Positions 9,036 to 19,698 are shown, counted from the first letter of the stretch. The stretch: DNA of 64,000 bases from a candidate division WWE3 bacterium (GCA_014729135.1 WJKK01000001.1:325462-389461), one strand, 5' to 3'. Program-made: numbers and translations. The notes: generated by a model not told the origin, from the sequence alone.

Positions 9036-10709
9036 ATGTTAAAAATAATTAATTTAGGAGGAACAGAAGACGTTACCGGCAACTTAACTGCCTTTGAATA
9101 TGGTGACGATATTATATTAGTAGATTGTGGAATAGGTTTTCCCGATAGCGAGACTTTAGGGGTGGATTTGGTCATACCTGACTTTGATTATCTGCGTGAA
9201 AATGCACATAAGATAAAAGGGTTGTTGTTAACTCATGGACACGAGGACCATATTGGGGCGGTGCCTTACTTTTTAGCGGAGTTTCCTAATGTGCCGGTTT
9301 TTTCGGATAAGTTGGCGTTAGGCTTCTTGCGTGAAAAGTTTGAGGAGAAACGACGTTATCCGGGATTGCCCAATAATCCTTCGTTAGGTTTGATAACTCC
9401 TGAGACGGAGCCTTTGAGTTTAGGTGTTTTCACTATAGAGGCTTTTAGAGTAAGTCACTCTGTGCCTGATTCGTTAGGTTACGCCATAAGAACACCTGAG
9501 GGAACGATTTTACACGTTTCTGACTTTAAAGTAGATTTGCATCCTGTTTTGGATGATCCTATTGATTTAAACAGAATAGCTGCTTATGGTAATGAAGGCG
9601 TTTTATGCTTGCTTTCGGATTGTTTAGGCGTAACTGCTTCAGGGTATTCTCAGCCGGAGGTAGAACTAAGCAAGACTTTTGATCTTTTATTTGAGGAGGC
9701 TGCCGGAAAGCAAATAATTGTAACTACAATTTCGTCAAATGTTTCGCGAATTTATCAGATAATTAGTAGTGCGCAGCGGTTAGGTCGAAAGGTGGTTCTT
9801 CTTGGTTATTCAATTAGCCGGAGTACTGAAGTAGCGCGTGGTTTGGGGTATATTCCCTTTGAAGATGACGTTTTTGTGAATCCGCGGAAGGCTTCTGGTT
9901 ACAACCAAGCGGATCTTGTGTATATTGCTGCCGGTTGTTATGGTCAGCCTCGTTCCGCTTTAGGTCGCTTAAGCCGTGGGGAGCATCGCGACGTTAAACT
10001 TGAAGAAGGTGCTTATGTAATTTTTTCGGCGGATCCCAGCCCTCCAGGAACAATAGAGCCCGTTGAAAAGGTGCAGGATAATCTTACGTTGCGTGGAGCT
10101 AGAGTTTTATTTAGTGAAATTCAGGATAATCTTCATGTTTCAGGTCACGGTACCAGGGGAGATATTCAGTTGCTTGCTTATTTGTCAAAGGCAAAATATT
10201 ACATTCCTATTGGAGGCAGCATAAAGCGAATGCGTATTTATTCCGATATGATAGGTTCTTTAGGACGTCCCTCTGAAAATGTTTTTGAGCAGCGCGAAGG
10301 TGATACGGTAATTTTTGAGAAGGGCTCTGCGCGAAAAGGGGATCCTGTTGCGGTTAAGGACGTTTTCATTGACGGTTCTAACATAGGTGATGTTGGCCCC
10401 TTGGTTTTGCGTGATCGCGAAAAGCTCTCTGATGACGGTATTTTCGTGGTAATTGTTCCTATAGATCAGAAGACGCGGCAATTAGCAGGAGATGTAGAAG
10501 TTGTAACAAGAGGATTTGTTTACGTAAAGGAATCAGGCGAGTTACTAAATAAAACAAAACAATCCGTTACAGGCTTGCTTCAAAAGCACAAGGAAGGTCT
10601 TAAAGACTGGAATAACATCCGCGAAGAGATAGAAAAGCGCTTAGATAAGATGCTTTACAAGGAAACCGGTAGAGATCCCTTAATCTTTGTGCAAGCGATT
10701 TATCTCTAA
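9036..10709 (+). CDS. rnj: Ribonuclease J (metallo-beta-lactamase/beta-CASP RNase)
   Basis: HGHEDHIGAVPY metal-binding motif, beta-CASP region, length 557 aa. Confidence 0.9.
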   Translation: MLKIINLGGTEDVTGNLTAFEYGDDIILVDCGIGFPDSETLGVDLVIPDFDYLRENAHKIKGLLLTHGHEDHIGAVPYFLAEFPNVPVFSDKLALGFLREKFEEKRRYPGLPNNPSLGLITPETEPLSLGVFTIEAFRVSHSVPDSLGYAIRTPEGTILHVSDFKVDLHPVLDDPIDLNRIAAYGNEGVLCLLSDCLGVTASGYSQPEVELSKTFDLLFEEAAGKQIIVTTISSNVSRIYQIISSAQRLGRKVVLLGYSISRSTEVARGLGYIPFEDDVFVNPRKASGYNQADLVYIAAGCYGQPRSALGRLSRGEHRDVKLEEGAYVIFSADPSPPGTIEPVEKVQDNLTLRGARVLFSEIQDNLHVSGHGTRGDIQLLAYLSKAKYYIPIGGSIKRMRIYSDMIGSLGRPSENVFEQREGDTVIFEKGSARKGDPVAVKDVFIDGSNIGDVGPLVLRDREKLSDDGIFVVIVPIDQKTRQLAGDVEVVTRGFVYVKESGELLNKTKQSVTGLLQKHKEGLKDWNNIREEIEKRLDKMLYKETGRDPLIFVQAIYL

Positions 10710-10728
10710 TTTTGCTATCATTGCCCTA

Positions 10729-13023
10729 ATGGCCAAAAGAGGACGCAAGAAAAAATTCAAACTTAAAGTCGATTTTAATCTTCGGCCGGAAGTCGTGAAA
10801 TCCATTGCAGTTGTAGTTTTCTTCCTTCTGGGGGCTTTAAGTTTAATTTCTTTTGTTGCGCCTACTTATACGCTAAACAATAAAATTCGCAATTTGCTTT
10901 TGGGGAATTTTGGTTTGGCGGCTTATTTAATCCCTCTTGTTTTTATTTTAGTAGCAACATTTTTCATAGATGCACTGAAATTAAAAATTAAGGATGTGCG
11001 TGTGTTTTTAGGTCTTTTAGGTTTGCTTATTTTTGGATCCGGCTTTTTTTCGCTTTTTTGTTGGAGGTCTGATCCTTTTTCGAGAGCTTCCGCCGGTAAG
11101 TGTGGAGGCCTTTTGGGCTATCATCTGCTTTTCCTTTTAAATAAGACAGTAAGCATTTATGGTGCCGCCTTAATTTTAGTTTCGGCCGTGGTGATTTCTG
11201 TTTTGTTGCTTTTTAATCTTTCTTTAAACAAGCTTTTTGAGTGGTTACTGGAGTTATTGCAGAAAATGCGTTCTAAAAAGGATGCTGCCGAAGAGGCGGT
11301 TTCGGAGGATTCCTCTAAGGAGTCGGAGTCCGCTCTTGCAGGAACTATTAGTCAGTTGGCTCAAATGTCGCTGGGCTTAGGTTCCTCTGAAGAGCCTCCG
11401 GAAGAGTCTGCAGAAGCTCCCGCCGAGATAATAGAGCCGGAAGAACCCGAAGAGCCCGCAAAGATTGAAATTTTACCCTCTTATTCGGAGCCTCAGGACG
11501 AGGAAATAGTAATGCCCACTCCTTTGGAGGAAGACGACTCCGAAGTGACCTCGTTGGTGCCTAATCTTCCTTATAGCGACAGAGTTTGGCAGCTACCTCC
11601 GCTGAGTTTGCTTCAAGATCCTCCTGCTAGTAGACCGGATGCCGGAAATGTTAAGGCCAGGGCGGAGGTAATTGAGAACACGTTAAAGTCGTTTGGTATT
11701 GATGCAGAGGTTAAGGACATTAAGCCGGGACCTTCAGTAACTCAATACGCTTTGGATGCTGCTACAGGGACTAAGATTTCAAAGATTGTAAACTTGCAGT
11801 ACGATTTAGCTTTGGCGTTGGCTTCTCCTACGGGCTCTGTTCGTATTGAGGCGCCAATTCCGGGCAAGTCGCTTGTTGGTATTGAGGTGCCAAATAATAA
11901 TCGCGTAACAGTGCACTTTAAGTCACTTTTAACCTCAGAACCTATGAAAGGTCTGGATTCTAAACTGGGAATTGTTCTAGGTAAGGATGTTGGGGGACGC
12001 TCGTTAGTTTATGACATTGGAAAGATGCCTCACCTTTTGGTTGCAGGTGCTACGGGTTCAGGTAAATCTGTGTTTTTGCACTCGCTGCTTTTTTCCATGC
12101 TTTATCGAGCAACTCCGCAAGAGGTAAAGTTTGTTTTGGTGGATCCCAAGCGAGTTGAGTTCACTCACTACTCAGACATTCCGCATCTTTTAACCCCTGT
12201 TGTGACTGATATTGACAATTCTCCCTCCGTTTTTAAGTGGGCGGTTGTGGAAATGGAGCGTCGTTATAAACTTTTTGAAAAGGCACGTGCTAGAAATATT
12301 GACTCCTATAATGAAAAATCCGGTTTTCAAGCCCTTCCTTATATTGTGATTATTGTGGATGAGCTAGGCGAAATTATGGTGGCGGATCCTGCAGGTGTGG
12401 AAAAAAGCATTATTCGTTTGGCACAGCTTGCTCGTGCTACAGGTATTCATCTTGTGCTTTCGGTACAGCGCCCTTCTACCAATGTTATTACGGGATTAAT
12501 TAAGGCAAACATTCCTTGTCGTGTTGCGTTTAATGTTTCAAGTCAGGTGGATTCGCGAGTAATTATTGATCAGCCGGGAGCTGAAAAGCTGTTAGGTCAA
12601 GGTGACATGCTTTTTGTTCCGCCGGATGCTTCTAAACCGCAGCGACTCCAAGGTTCTCTAGTTACAGAGCAGGAGATTTCTTCATTGGTGGGTTACCTTA
12701 AATCCCAGGGAGTTGAGCCTAATTACAAGGAGGAGGTTTTTAAAGTCGAGCAAAAGATTGAGCAAAAGAATACAAGTATTGCAGCAGGAGGCGAGGCAAA
12801 GGATGAGCTTTTTGATGATGCTATTGATGTTTGTTTGCAGGCAGGGCGTGGGTCAGCTTCGCTTTTGCAGAGGCGCCTCTCCGTAGGATATGCTCGTGCT
12901 GCCCGCATTCTGGATGAACTTGAAGCTGCCGGAATAGTAGGTCCAAAAAACGGTAGTCAGCCTCGTGACCTTCTAATTGATAGCCATCCGAATCGTGACG
13001 ATTCAGATGATCTACCCTTTTGA
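10729..13023 (+). CDS. ftsK: DNA translocase FtsK/SpoIIIE
   Basis: N-terminal TM helices, acidic linker, Walker A GATGSGKSV, and a C-terminal gamma winged-helix (LLQRRLSVGYARAARILDELE). An alternative TTG start at 10687 overlaps rnj. Confidence 0.9.
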   Translation: MAKRGRKKKFKLKVDFNLRPEVVKSIAVVVFFLLGALSLISFVAPTYTLNNKIRNLLLGNFGLAAYLIPLVFILVATFFIDALKLKIKDVRVFLGLLGLLIFGSGFFSLFCWRSDPFSRASAGKCGGLLGYHLLFLLNKTVSIYGAALILVSAVVISVLLLFNLSLNKLFEWLLELLQKMRSKKDAAEEAVSEDSSKESESALAGTISQLAQMSLGLGSSEEPPEESAEAPAEIIEPEEPEEPAKIEILPSYSEPQDEEIVMPTPLEEDDSEVTSLVPNLPYSDRVWQLPPLSLLQDPPASRPDAGNVKARAEVIENTLKSFGIDAEVKDIKPGPSVTQYALDAATGTKISKIVNLQYDLALALASPTGSVRIEAPIPGKSLVGIEVPNNNRVTVHFKSLLTSEPMKGLDSKLGIVLGKDVGGRSLVYDIGKMPHLLVAGATGSGKSVFLHSLLFSMLYRATPQEVKFVLVDPKRVEFTHYSDIPHLLTPVVTDIDNSPSVFKWAVVEMERRYKLFEKARARNIDSYNEKSGFQALPYIVIIVDELGEIMVADPAGVEKSIIRLAQLARATGIHLVLSVQRPSTNVITGLIKANIPCRVAFNVSSQVDSRVIIDQPGAEKLLGQGDMLFVPPDASKPQRLQGSLVTEQEISSLVGYLKSQGVEPNYKEEVFKVEQKIEQKNTSIAAGGEAKDELFDDAIDVCLQAGRGSASLLQRRLSVGYARAARILDELEAAGIVGPKNGSQPRDLLIDSHPNRDDSDDLPF

Positions 13024-13038
13024 TACCTCTAAGAAACC

Positions 13039-13746
13039 ATGAAAAATTTAGGCGAGATTTTAAAATCTCAACGAAAAAAGCGAAAGCTCACGTATAATCA
13101 AGTTTACGCTAAAATAAAAATTCATCCCAATTATATAAAGGCGCTTGAGGAAAATGATTATGCAGTTTTTGATAGTGGCGTTCATGCCAAAGGTTTTTTG
13201 AAGATTTATGCGGAGCTTTTAAATTTAAATGTTTCGCAGATTTTGGCTCTTTGGCGTAGGGAGCATAGTTTTACTTTTGAGCACGAACTGGAAAAAACTA
13301 AGGAGCAAACAGTTTTTGAGGAAATAAAGCAGGGTTTTACGCTTACTACTAATAAAGTTTTGGCTCTTATAGGAATAGTTTTGTTGGTCGCATTTTTTGG
13401 TTATCTTTTTTATTCTTATAAAAATTATTCAGGCCCTCCGGATCTTAAGATAGACACTCCGGAAAATAATAAAATAGTTGGCAATTCTTTGGTTGATATT
13501 ACGGGTAAGACGGATATTGACTCTGTGCTTTTTATTAATGGAGAAAGGGTTTTTTTAAAACCGGATGGATCGTTTGCTACTTCGTTGCATTTAAAGGAAG
13601 GGGTAAACACTCTTAGCATAACGTCAATTAATAAGCTTGATAAAAAGACGGAGGAGGTTTTGACGGTAATTTATCGCCCCACAGAGGATTCGGTTTTGGA
13701 ATCTACTGAAAGCACTTCTCCTGTTTCTCCGGAAGACCTCCCTTAA
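13039..13746 (+). CDS. RodZ-like cytoskeletal protein: HTH, then a TM helix, then a C-terminal domain
   Basis: N-terminal XRE-like HTH LGEILKSQRKKRKLTYNQVYAKIKIHPNYIKALEENDY resembles RodZ, followed by a single TM helix. Confidence 0.5.
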   Translation: MKNLGEILKSQRKKRKLTYNQVYAKIKIHPNYIKALEENDYAVFDSGVHAKGFLKIYAELLNLNVSQILALWRREHSFTFEHELEKTKEQTVFEEIKQGFTLTTNKVLALIGIVLLVAFFGYLFYSYKNYSGPPDLKIDTPENNKIVGNSLVDITGKTDIDSVLFINGERVFLKPDGSFATSLHLKEGVNTLSITSINKLDKKTEEVLTVIYRPTEDSVLESTESTSPVSPEDLP

Positions 13747-13798
13747 AAATTGCACTAAAGTCATTGTGCTATACTCTTAATTAAGGAATTAACTGCCT

Positions 13799-14083
13799 AT
13801 GACTAACGAAACATTAACAACCATACTCATAGTTTTGCTAAGTATCAATTTTGTTCTTTGGATTGCCTTTTTGATCTTTGTGCTAGTGCAAATTCGAAGA
13901 ATTTTCAAAGTCATCTTTGGGATTTTGGACGACATAGAGGACTTTTCATCTTCCATAATAGGATCTGCCTTTAAAGTAGCTCCTTTGGTACTGGGCTTTC
14001 TTAAAAGTTTTCAAGCTGTTAAATCTATTACAACTTTAAAAGACTCCGGTGATTCGGAGGATAGAAATAAAAAGGAGGATTAA
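13799..14083 (+). CDS. Small hypothetical membrane protein
   Basis: Hydrophobic N-terminal half, no recognisable domain. Confidence 0.4.
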   Translation: MTNETLTTILIVLLSINFVLWIAFLIFVLVQIRRIFKVIFGILDDIEDFSSSIIGSAFKVAPLVLGFLKSFQAVKSITTLKDSGDSEDRNKKED

Positions 14084-14086
14084 CAT

Positions 14087-14357
14087 GACTAAAAAAGACA
14101 AAAAAAATAAATTTTGGTTAGGTGCTTTAGCAGGAGCCGTTTTAGGTGTTTTATTTGCTCCCCGCAAGGGAAAGGAGACGCGCGAAAAGCTTTCCGAGGA
14201 TCTTGAGGGAGTGAAGGATAAGCTTGACGATGTTTCTGATAAAGCTGCAAAGAAAGCCGAAGAGGTCAAAGAGAAGGCTGAGCCTTATGTGGAGTCGCTT
14301 AAAAAGGGACTTAAGGGTGAGAAAGAAGCGTCTGATAAAGATAATAAGGAAGCCTAA
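14087..14357 (+). CDS. YtxH-like membrane-anchored protein
   Basis: Strong RBS aaaaggagg before ATG 14087. Hydrophobic helix WLGALAGAVLGVLFAPRKGKETREKL, then a K/E-rich helical tail typical of the YtxH family. Confidence 0.5.
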
Positions 14358-14375
14358 AATTCTAAAAATTAAACA

Positions 14376-14798
14376 ATGGTTGATGTAAAAAATCAGGATC
14401 CGGTTGTCGATTCTGCCGGTGATAAACAGGATGATTCTATTGCTGACTCTTCAACTCCTTCTAAGGGACGTACTTCCGGTCCGCAACCCACTGCTCCTGA
14501 AGGACTAGCATTTCAAGAAAAAAAAGCAGCACCTGAAAAGGAAAAAGGTGTAGAAAAAATAACCGACTTAAAAGTACCCACCCCCAAAGCTTTACAAGAA
14601 GATGACGATGAAGAGGTTATTGACTTCAAAAAAGAAGATCCCGGTGACTCTGTGGGGCGTGTTGTGGACATGCGCTCAAAAACAACAAAAACCAAGCCCA
14701 TTGAAGACCCCCGCCATGAGCTTACCGAATACGGCGATGAAAAAGAAGCTGATTTTATAGAAAAAGTTAAAGCTGCCCATGAATCTAGCGAATCTTAA
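14376..14798 (+). CDS. Acidic low-complexity hypothetical protein, 140 aa
   Basis: ORF only. Its 3' end overlaps the start of the next gene by 20 nt. Confidence 0.4.
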   Translation: MVDVKNQDPVVDSAGDKQDDSIADSSTPSKGRTSGPQPTAPEGLAFQEKKAAPEKEKGVEKITDLKVPTPKALQEDDDEEVIDFKKEDPGDSVGRVVDMRSKTTKTKPIEDPRHELTEYGDEKEADFIEKVKAAHESSES

Positions 14799-17190
14799 TC
14801 ACAGTCTTTATGTAGCTTTTTGGCTAACTGTTTACCTTTTAATTTTGGCGGCTGTCCTTGTGGGTGCTTTTACGGTCTTTTTGCGAAAACGACGTAAAAA
14901 GCACGAGGATTTAAGTAAGTTTGATCTCACTTTTTTAATGGTTAAGCTTCCTTCTGAAAATGAAATTGAAGTGGAGGCAGCGGAACAGTTTTTTGCCAGT
15001 TTGTGGGGTTTTAAGCGTACTTGGTGGGATGCTTTGTGGAAAGGGCAGTATCTGATTTCTTTTGAAATTGTTGCTAAGGCTTCCGGGATTGGTTTTTATG
15101 TAGTAGTTCCTGATGAGTTGGCCTTAGCTGTTGAGAAAAAGATCAATGGAGCCTACCCTGAAGCTGAAATTGACATTATTGATCCTAATGAAGTGTGGGA
15201 TAGAGGTGATTTTACTGCTGTTGCTGAACTAAAGCTTTCCGGAGCACCGTACTATCCTATTCGAACCTTTGAGGATTTAGCTTCCGACGCCTTAAGTTCT
15301 CTGACCTCTTCAATGAGCAAGCTTTCTGACGAAGATGTAGTAGCTTTGCAGTACGTTGTAAAGCCGGCAAGTAACTCCTGGAGGAGACAAGGTAATGCTT
15401 TTGTTGCCGGTGTTAGAAAGAAAAGCGCCGACCCGGAAAAAGGCGGGGGAGTAGATACTTCTTTTGTTGAAGGCGTAGAAAAAAAGGTGTCCAAGCCCGG
15501 ATTTGATGTAACCATCCGAATCGTCTCTATTGCAGAAGATGACTTATTGGCTCAAGATCACATTCAGAATATTGTCACTTCCTTTGATCAGTTTACAGAC
15601 GTTAAATATAACAACTTCAAGCGAATTAATCCTAGAGCGCATAGAACCATAGATAATTTTATTTTTCGAACTATGCGCGTTATTGACTGGAGTATCCCGA
15701 TTTTTGATGTTCCGCTTTATCGCAACGTTTCCGTTTTAAACACAGAGGAGATGGCTACTATTTTTCACTTTCCCAATAATGAGGTTAAGACTCCGGGAAT
15801 TAAATGGCTTAAGGCACGCAAAGCTCCTGCTCCTGAGGATGTTCCAAATGAGGGCCTTTATTTAGGGAAAAATTCTTATCGAGGTGTTGAGCGCAACATT
15901 TATATGAAAGATAAAGATCGCACACGCCACTTTTACATCATAGGTCAGACAGGTACAGGTAAGTCCGAATTTATGAAAACGTTAGCTTTGCAGGACATTG
16001 AAAATGGAGAGGGTTTAGCTTTTATTGACCCGCATGGAAGTGATATTGACGACATTTTAGAAAAGATTCCGGAGCATCGCGCAAATGATGTGATTTTGTT
16101 TGATGTTTCCGATATAGAGCGCCCCCTGGGAATGAACATCTTGGAGGCTCATTCGGAGGAAGAAAAACACATGGTTATTAACTCTTTTATTGCGCTTTTG
16201 TATAAGCTTTATGACCCTAATCGTCAGGGAATTATGGGTCCTCAGTTGGAGCGTGCTATTCGTAACGTTATGTTAACAGCTATGACGGATCCTAATAGTA
16301 CAATGGTTGATGTTTTGCGTCTTTTAATTGATGAGGATTATGCTAAGCAGTTTATTCCTAAGTTGGAAGATCCTATGGTGAAAAGGTTTTGGACGGATGA
16401 GATGGCCAAGACCAGTGATTATCATAAGAGTGAAAAGATGGGCTACTTTGTTTCCAAGTTTGACCGTTTTGTAACGGATCGAACTATGCGAAATATTCTA
16501 GGTCAGCCTAAATCTGCCATTAATTTTCCAAAAATTATGCGTGAGAAAAAGATTTTGCTGGTTGACTTGTCTAAGGGAAAAATAGGTGAGGAGAATTCCA
16601 ATTTCTTAGGTTTAATCTTGGTTCCGCGAATTTTGCAGGCTGCTTTAGGGCGTGCTACTAAGCTTGGTAAAGAGGAGTTTCCTAACTTTTTCTTATACGT
16701 AGATGAGTTTCAAAACTTTGCCACTCCGGATTTTGCCACAATTTTATCTGAGGCGCGTAAGTATAAGCTTAATTTAGTGGTGGCGCATCAGTTTGTTTCG
16801 CAGTTAACGGATGAGATTAAGGAGGCAATTTTTGGAAACGTTGGTACTATGGCTGTTTTTAGAGTAGGCGCTGATGATGCTGAATTTTTAGAGAGTCAGT
16901 TTGAACCTACTTTTACGCAAAGTGACCTAATTAATCTTCCGGTGGGTAATTACTATACTAAGTTGCTGGCTGATGGCCATCCCACGTCGCCGTTTTCTAT
17001 GAAAGTGGATTGGTCTATGGTTAATGAGGCAAATGCTCAAAAAGACAGCAAGCAAGCGCAGGAAATTAGGGAGCGCTCTCGTATGAACTATGGCGTGGCT
17101 CGCACGGAGATAGAGGAGTATATAGATAAGCGTTCAGGTTTGGATGCGCCTAAACCTGAACCCAAGCCTAAGAAGCGAATTCCTTTTTAG
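14779..17190 (+). CDS. Membrane-anchored FtsK-HerA superfamily ATPase, TrwB/VirD4 (type IV coupling protein)-like
   Basis: N-terminal TM helix. Walker A HFYIIGQTGTGKS, followed by AFIDPHGSDIDD and VILFDVSDIERPLGMNILEA, is collinear with the TrwB/TraD NBD. Walker B FFLYVDEFQNF. VVAHQFVSQL resembles the T4CP C-terminal Q motif. Confidence 0.6.
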   Translation: MNLANLNHSLYVAFWLTVYLLILAAVLVGAFTVFLRKRRKKHEDLSKFDLTFLMVKLPSENEIEVEAAEQFFASLWGFKRTWWDALWKGQYLISFEIVAKASGIGFYVVVPDELALAVEKKINGAYPEAEIDIIDPNEVWDRGDFTAVAELKLSGAPYYPIRTFEDLASDALSSLTSSMSKLSDEDVVALQYVVKPASNSWRRQGNAFVAGVRKKSADPEKGGGVDTSFVEGVEKKVSKPGFDVTIRIVSIAEDDLLAQDHIQNIVTSFDQFTDVKYNNFKRINPRAHRTIDNFIFRTMRVIDWSIPIFDVPLYRNVSVLNTEEMATIFHFPNNEVKTPGIKWLKARKAPAPEDVPNEGLYLGKNSYRGVERNIYMKDKDRTRHFYIIGQTGTGKSEFMKTLALQDIENGEGLAFIDPHGSDIDDILEKIPEHRANDVILFDVSDIERPLGMNILEAHSEEEKHMVINSFIALLYKLYDPNRQGIMGPQLERAIRNVMLTAMTDPNSTMVDVLRLLIDEDYAKQFIPKLEDPMVKRFWTDEMAKTSDYHKSEKMGYFVSKFDRFVTDRTMRNILGQPKSAINFPKIMREKKILLVDLSKGKIGEENSNFLGLILVPRILQAALGRATKLGKEEFPNFFLYVDEFQNFATPDFATILSEARKYKLNLVVAHQFVSQLTDEIKEAIFGNVGTMAVFRVGADDAEFLESQFEPTFTQSDLINLPVGNYYTKLLADGHPTSPFSMKVDWSMVNEANAQKDSKQAQEIRERSRMNYGVARTEIEEYIDKRSGLDAPKPEPKPKKRIPF

Positions 17191-17229
17191 TTTGTGGTTA
17201 TTTAGGAGGGGTTAAGTTATTATTTTTGT

Positions 17230-19698
17230 ATGGCAATAAGACGAGCTCAGGCAGAAACAGAACCGGATGGTGATGAGGTTATGACTATAGCTGCAGACGC
17301 TGAGAATGGTCCCGGAACAGACGAGGTCCCAGATTCTGTTGAAGCAGGTGAAACACAGGATTCCCCCGAAAGACATGAGTCAAGTTTAAATTTTGAACGA
17401 CGTGTTATTCCTGATGCTTGGAATGAAACAGCGGAGGCTTTGCGCGCATTGGATGCTCTGGTTGAAGATGTTGATTATGCGGAGGCTATAGAGGCGTTAG
17501 GCGATGCTATAGAAGCACAAGGCATTCGTGCTCAAGATGTATTTGCTTCAGAGACTATGCAGCGCACTTTGGGTGAAAACACTCAACAAGTTCTTTTGGA
17601 ATATCGGCAACAATTTAGGGAGGTTTTAACAGTTGTAAATTCTCTTTCACGTGAGTTAGCGGAAGATGTTGGAGAAGAGGCTCCCGAGGAGGAACAGGTT
17701 GCTCGCGCGGAACGTATTTTAGAGGTTGCACGTTATTTGGGATCGCCCGAAGATGTCCCAGATGCTGAAGTTTTCGATCAAGATAGAGAAATACCCATGC
17801 TAGAAGGTCTTCGAGAAGATTTGTACACCGATCCCGTGGAATTTGCTTCTCAATTTTCGGATTATGCAGAGGAACGTGCTCCCCTTGAAGATATCTCAAG
17901 TCGTCTACATTCACAGCGTAGACAAAGAGTGGAAAAAGTAAATGATCTTGTCCGCGAGTTTGCAGAATATGACGTAGAAGACTTTGTTGATCGCTCCGTT
18001 CCCATTGAAGCTGAAGAGTTTGCTGCAGAAATTGTTGCGGAAGAAACTCCTGAGACTGCCGAAACCGCTCCCAAAACAAAGGAACAGTATAAGGCAGAAT
18101 TCTTAGCCGAAAATGATTTTGATACATGGGATGCTCAAATGGAAGCAGAAGGGGGTTGGGTTATTAATACACAGGGTTATACCCAGGAAGGGGCAAAACA
18201 GGTTGTGGAGGAAAAGGGCTTTTTTAGGAAGCGGACTCGGCAAGTTAGGGCACCTCAGGTTCTTTTTGAGCAGAAAGAAAAAGTAACAATTCCCGCCGAG
18301 TTTACTGATGGAGATGTTGTAAGGACTGTCGAAGTTCCCATTATGTGCGCTACATTTGCGGAGTTGCGTCGAAGAGGTGAGGATATGGGTCTGCTTCCAG
18401 GTGAGTCTTCTCGTTTGGAAGGATATTACCAGCAACCTATTTATACTATGGATACGACGGCTAATTCTGTGGTAAAAGCACAGGAGCTTTTGTGGCGTCT
18501 GGAGGCGGGCGCTGATCCGGATGAAAATGGCCTTCACCGTGTTCCTATAAAAAGAGCAGGTAAGGCATCTTATTTGCCACTGACTTCTGTGGAGTACGCT
18601 CGCTGGAAGCAGGGTCTTCAAAAAACTGTGAATGCCTTTGAGGCTCAGGGTTTAACTTATGAACGTGTGAAAAGATTGCATGAGCGGTTAGCGGAAGAGC
18701 ATGGGGAGCCTCTTTTGGATGAGCCGGGAGTGCGTGATTTGGAGAGCGATTCGTCGCGTGCTTGGTACGCTGCTCATTTGCAGTTTGCTGTTTTGGGAGA
18801 GGGTCTGGATAAAATGGAGGATCTTGCGGGAGAAGCCGATTTATCTGCTGAAGAGGACGAGGCTTTGCGTCATGTAGTTGAAACTTTGCGTTTTGATTAC
18901 AGCGAGTTCTTAGCTGCCTATGGTCGTCGCAGTGAGTATGTGCGTGTGGCTTATGAAAATTTAACTCGAAGAGGTTTAGATTTAAGTCCTGAGAATGTGG
19001 AAAATGAGATTTTGCGAGTAGCAGCCGAATATGAAGCTAAAAAATCCTTATTACGTCGTTTGGGATCTCGTGTTTTAGGTGTTTTGGAGGAGGGAGAGTT
19101 TGATCCCGGGGAGGTACTTGATGATTTGCAAGCTCTTTTGGAGGAGTATGAGGATAATTTAGAGGCTCATGTTGAAGTTTTAGAGGATAATGCTACTTTT
19201 ACTACGGAGCATACCCGTATGGCTTTTACAGCCAATTTGCCTGGTCATGGTAATGTTTTAATTCCTGCGGCTGTTTGGGAAGTTCGGGATTTAGAAGATC
19301 TTAATGCCGCAGATTATCCGGAGGCTTATGCTTTTTATGAAAAGTACCGAGAAAATCCGGATCAGAGTGTTCCTGATTTTATGAAGGCTTTTAGGGAGAA
19401 TACCGAGACTTGGGCTGATATGGAGCGCAAGATTCGGGAAGCAGAGGAAGAAGGTGCCAGTGAAGGTGTAGACACTATTGCACCGGAAGAGCCTGTTGTG
19501 GAAGATTCTCTTGTGGAATTTTTAGAGAAAGATGCCCAAGAGATTAACTCTCTTGGCGAGCTTATAACCCAGGCAGCAACACACCTTGAACAAACTCCTG
19601 CACCCGAAGAAGGTGCTACACAAGAACAGCTCGCCGAATGGTGGAACGACACCCAAGGGGAAACAGAATTTGACGATTGGCTAGCCCAACAAAGTTAG
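17230..19698 (+). CDS. Large hyperacidic hypothetical protein, 822 aa, no TM helix
   Basis: ORF only. Strong D/E excess and visibly higher GC than flanking genes. Confidence 0.5.
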   Translation: MAIRRAQAETEPDGDEVMTIAADAENGPGTDEVPDSVEAGETQDSPERHESSLNFERRVIPDAWNETAEALRALDALVEDVDYAEAIEALGDAIEAQGIRAQDVFASETMQRTLGENTQQVLLEYRQQFREVLTVVNSLSRELAEDVGEEAPEEEQVARAERILEVARYLGSPEDVPDAEVFDQDREIPMLEGLREDLYTDPVEFASQFSDYAEERAPLEDISSRLHSQRRQRVEKVNDLVREFAEYDVEDFVDRSVPIEAEEFAAEIVAEETPETAETAPKTKEQYKAEFLAENDFDTWDAQMEAEGGWVINTQGYTQEGAKQVVEEKGFFRKRTRQVRAPQVLFEQKEKVTIPAEFTDGDVVRTVEVPIMCATFAELRRRGEDMGLLPGESSRLEGYYQQPIYTMDTTANSVVKAQELLWRLEAGADPDENGLHRVPIKRAGKASYLPLTSVEYARWKQGLQKTVNAFEAQGLTYERVKRLHERLAEEHGEPLLDEPGVRDLESDSSRAWYAAHLQFAVLGEGLDKMEDLAGEADLSAEEDEALRHVVETLRFDYSEFLAAYGRRSEYVRVAYENLTRRGLDLSPENVENEILRVAAEYEAKKSLLRRLGSRVLGVLEEGEFDPGEVLDDLQALLEEYEDNLEAHVEVLEDNATFTTEHTRMAFTANLPGHGNVLIPAAVWEVRDLEDLNAADYPEAYAFYEKYRENPDQSVPDFMKAFRENTETWADMERKIREAEEEGASEGVDTIAPEEPVVEDSLVEFLEKDAQEINSLGELITQAATHLEQTPAPEEGATQEQLAEWWNDTQGETEFDDWLAQQS

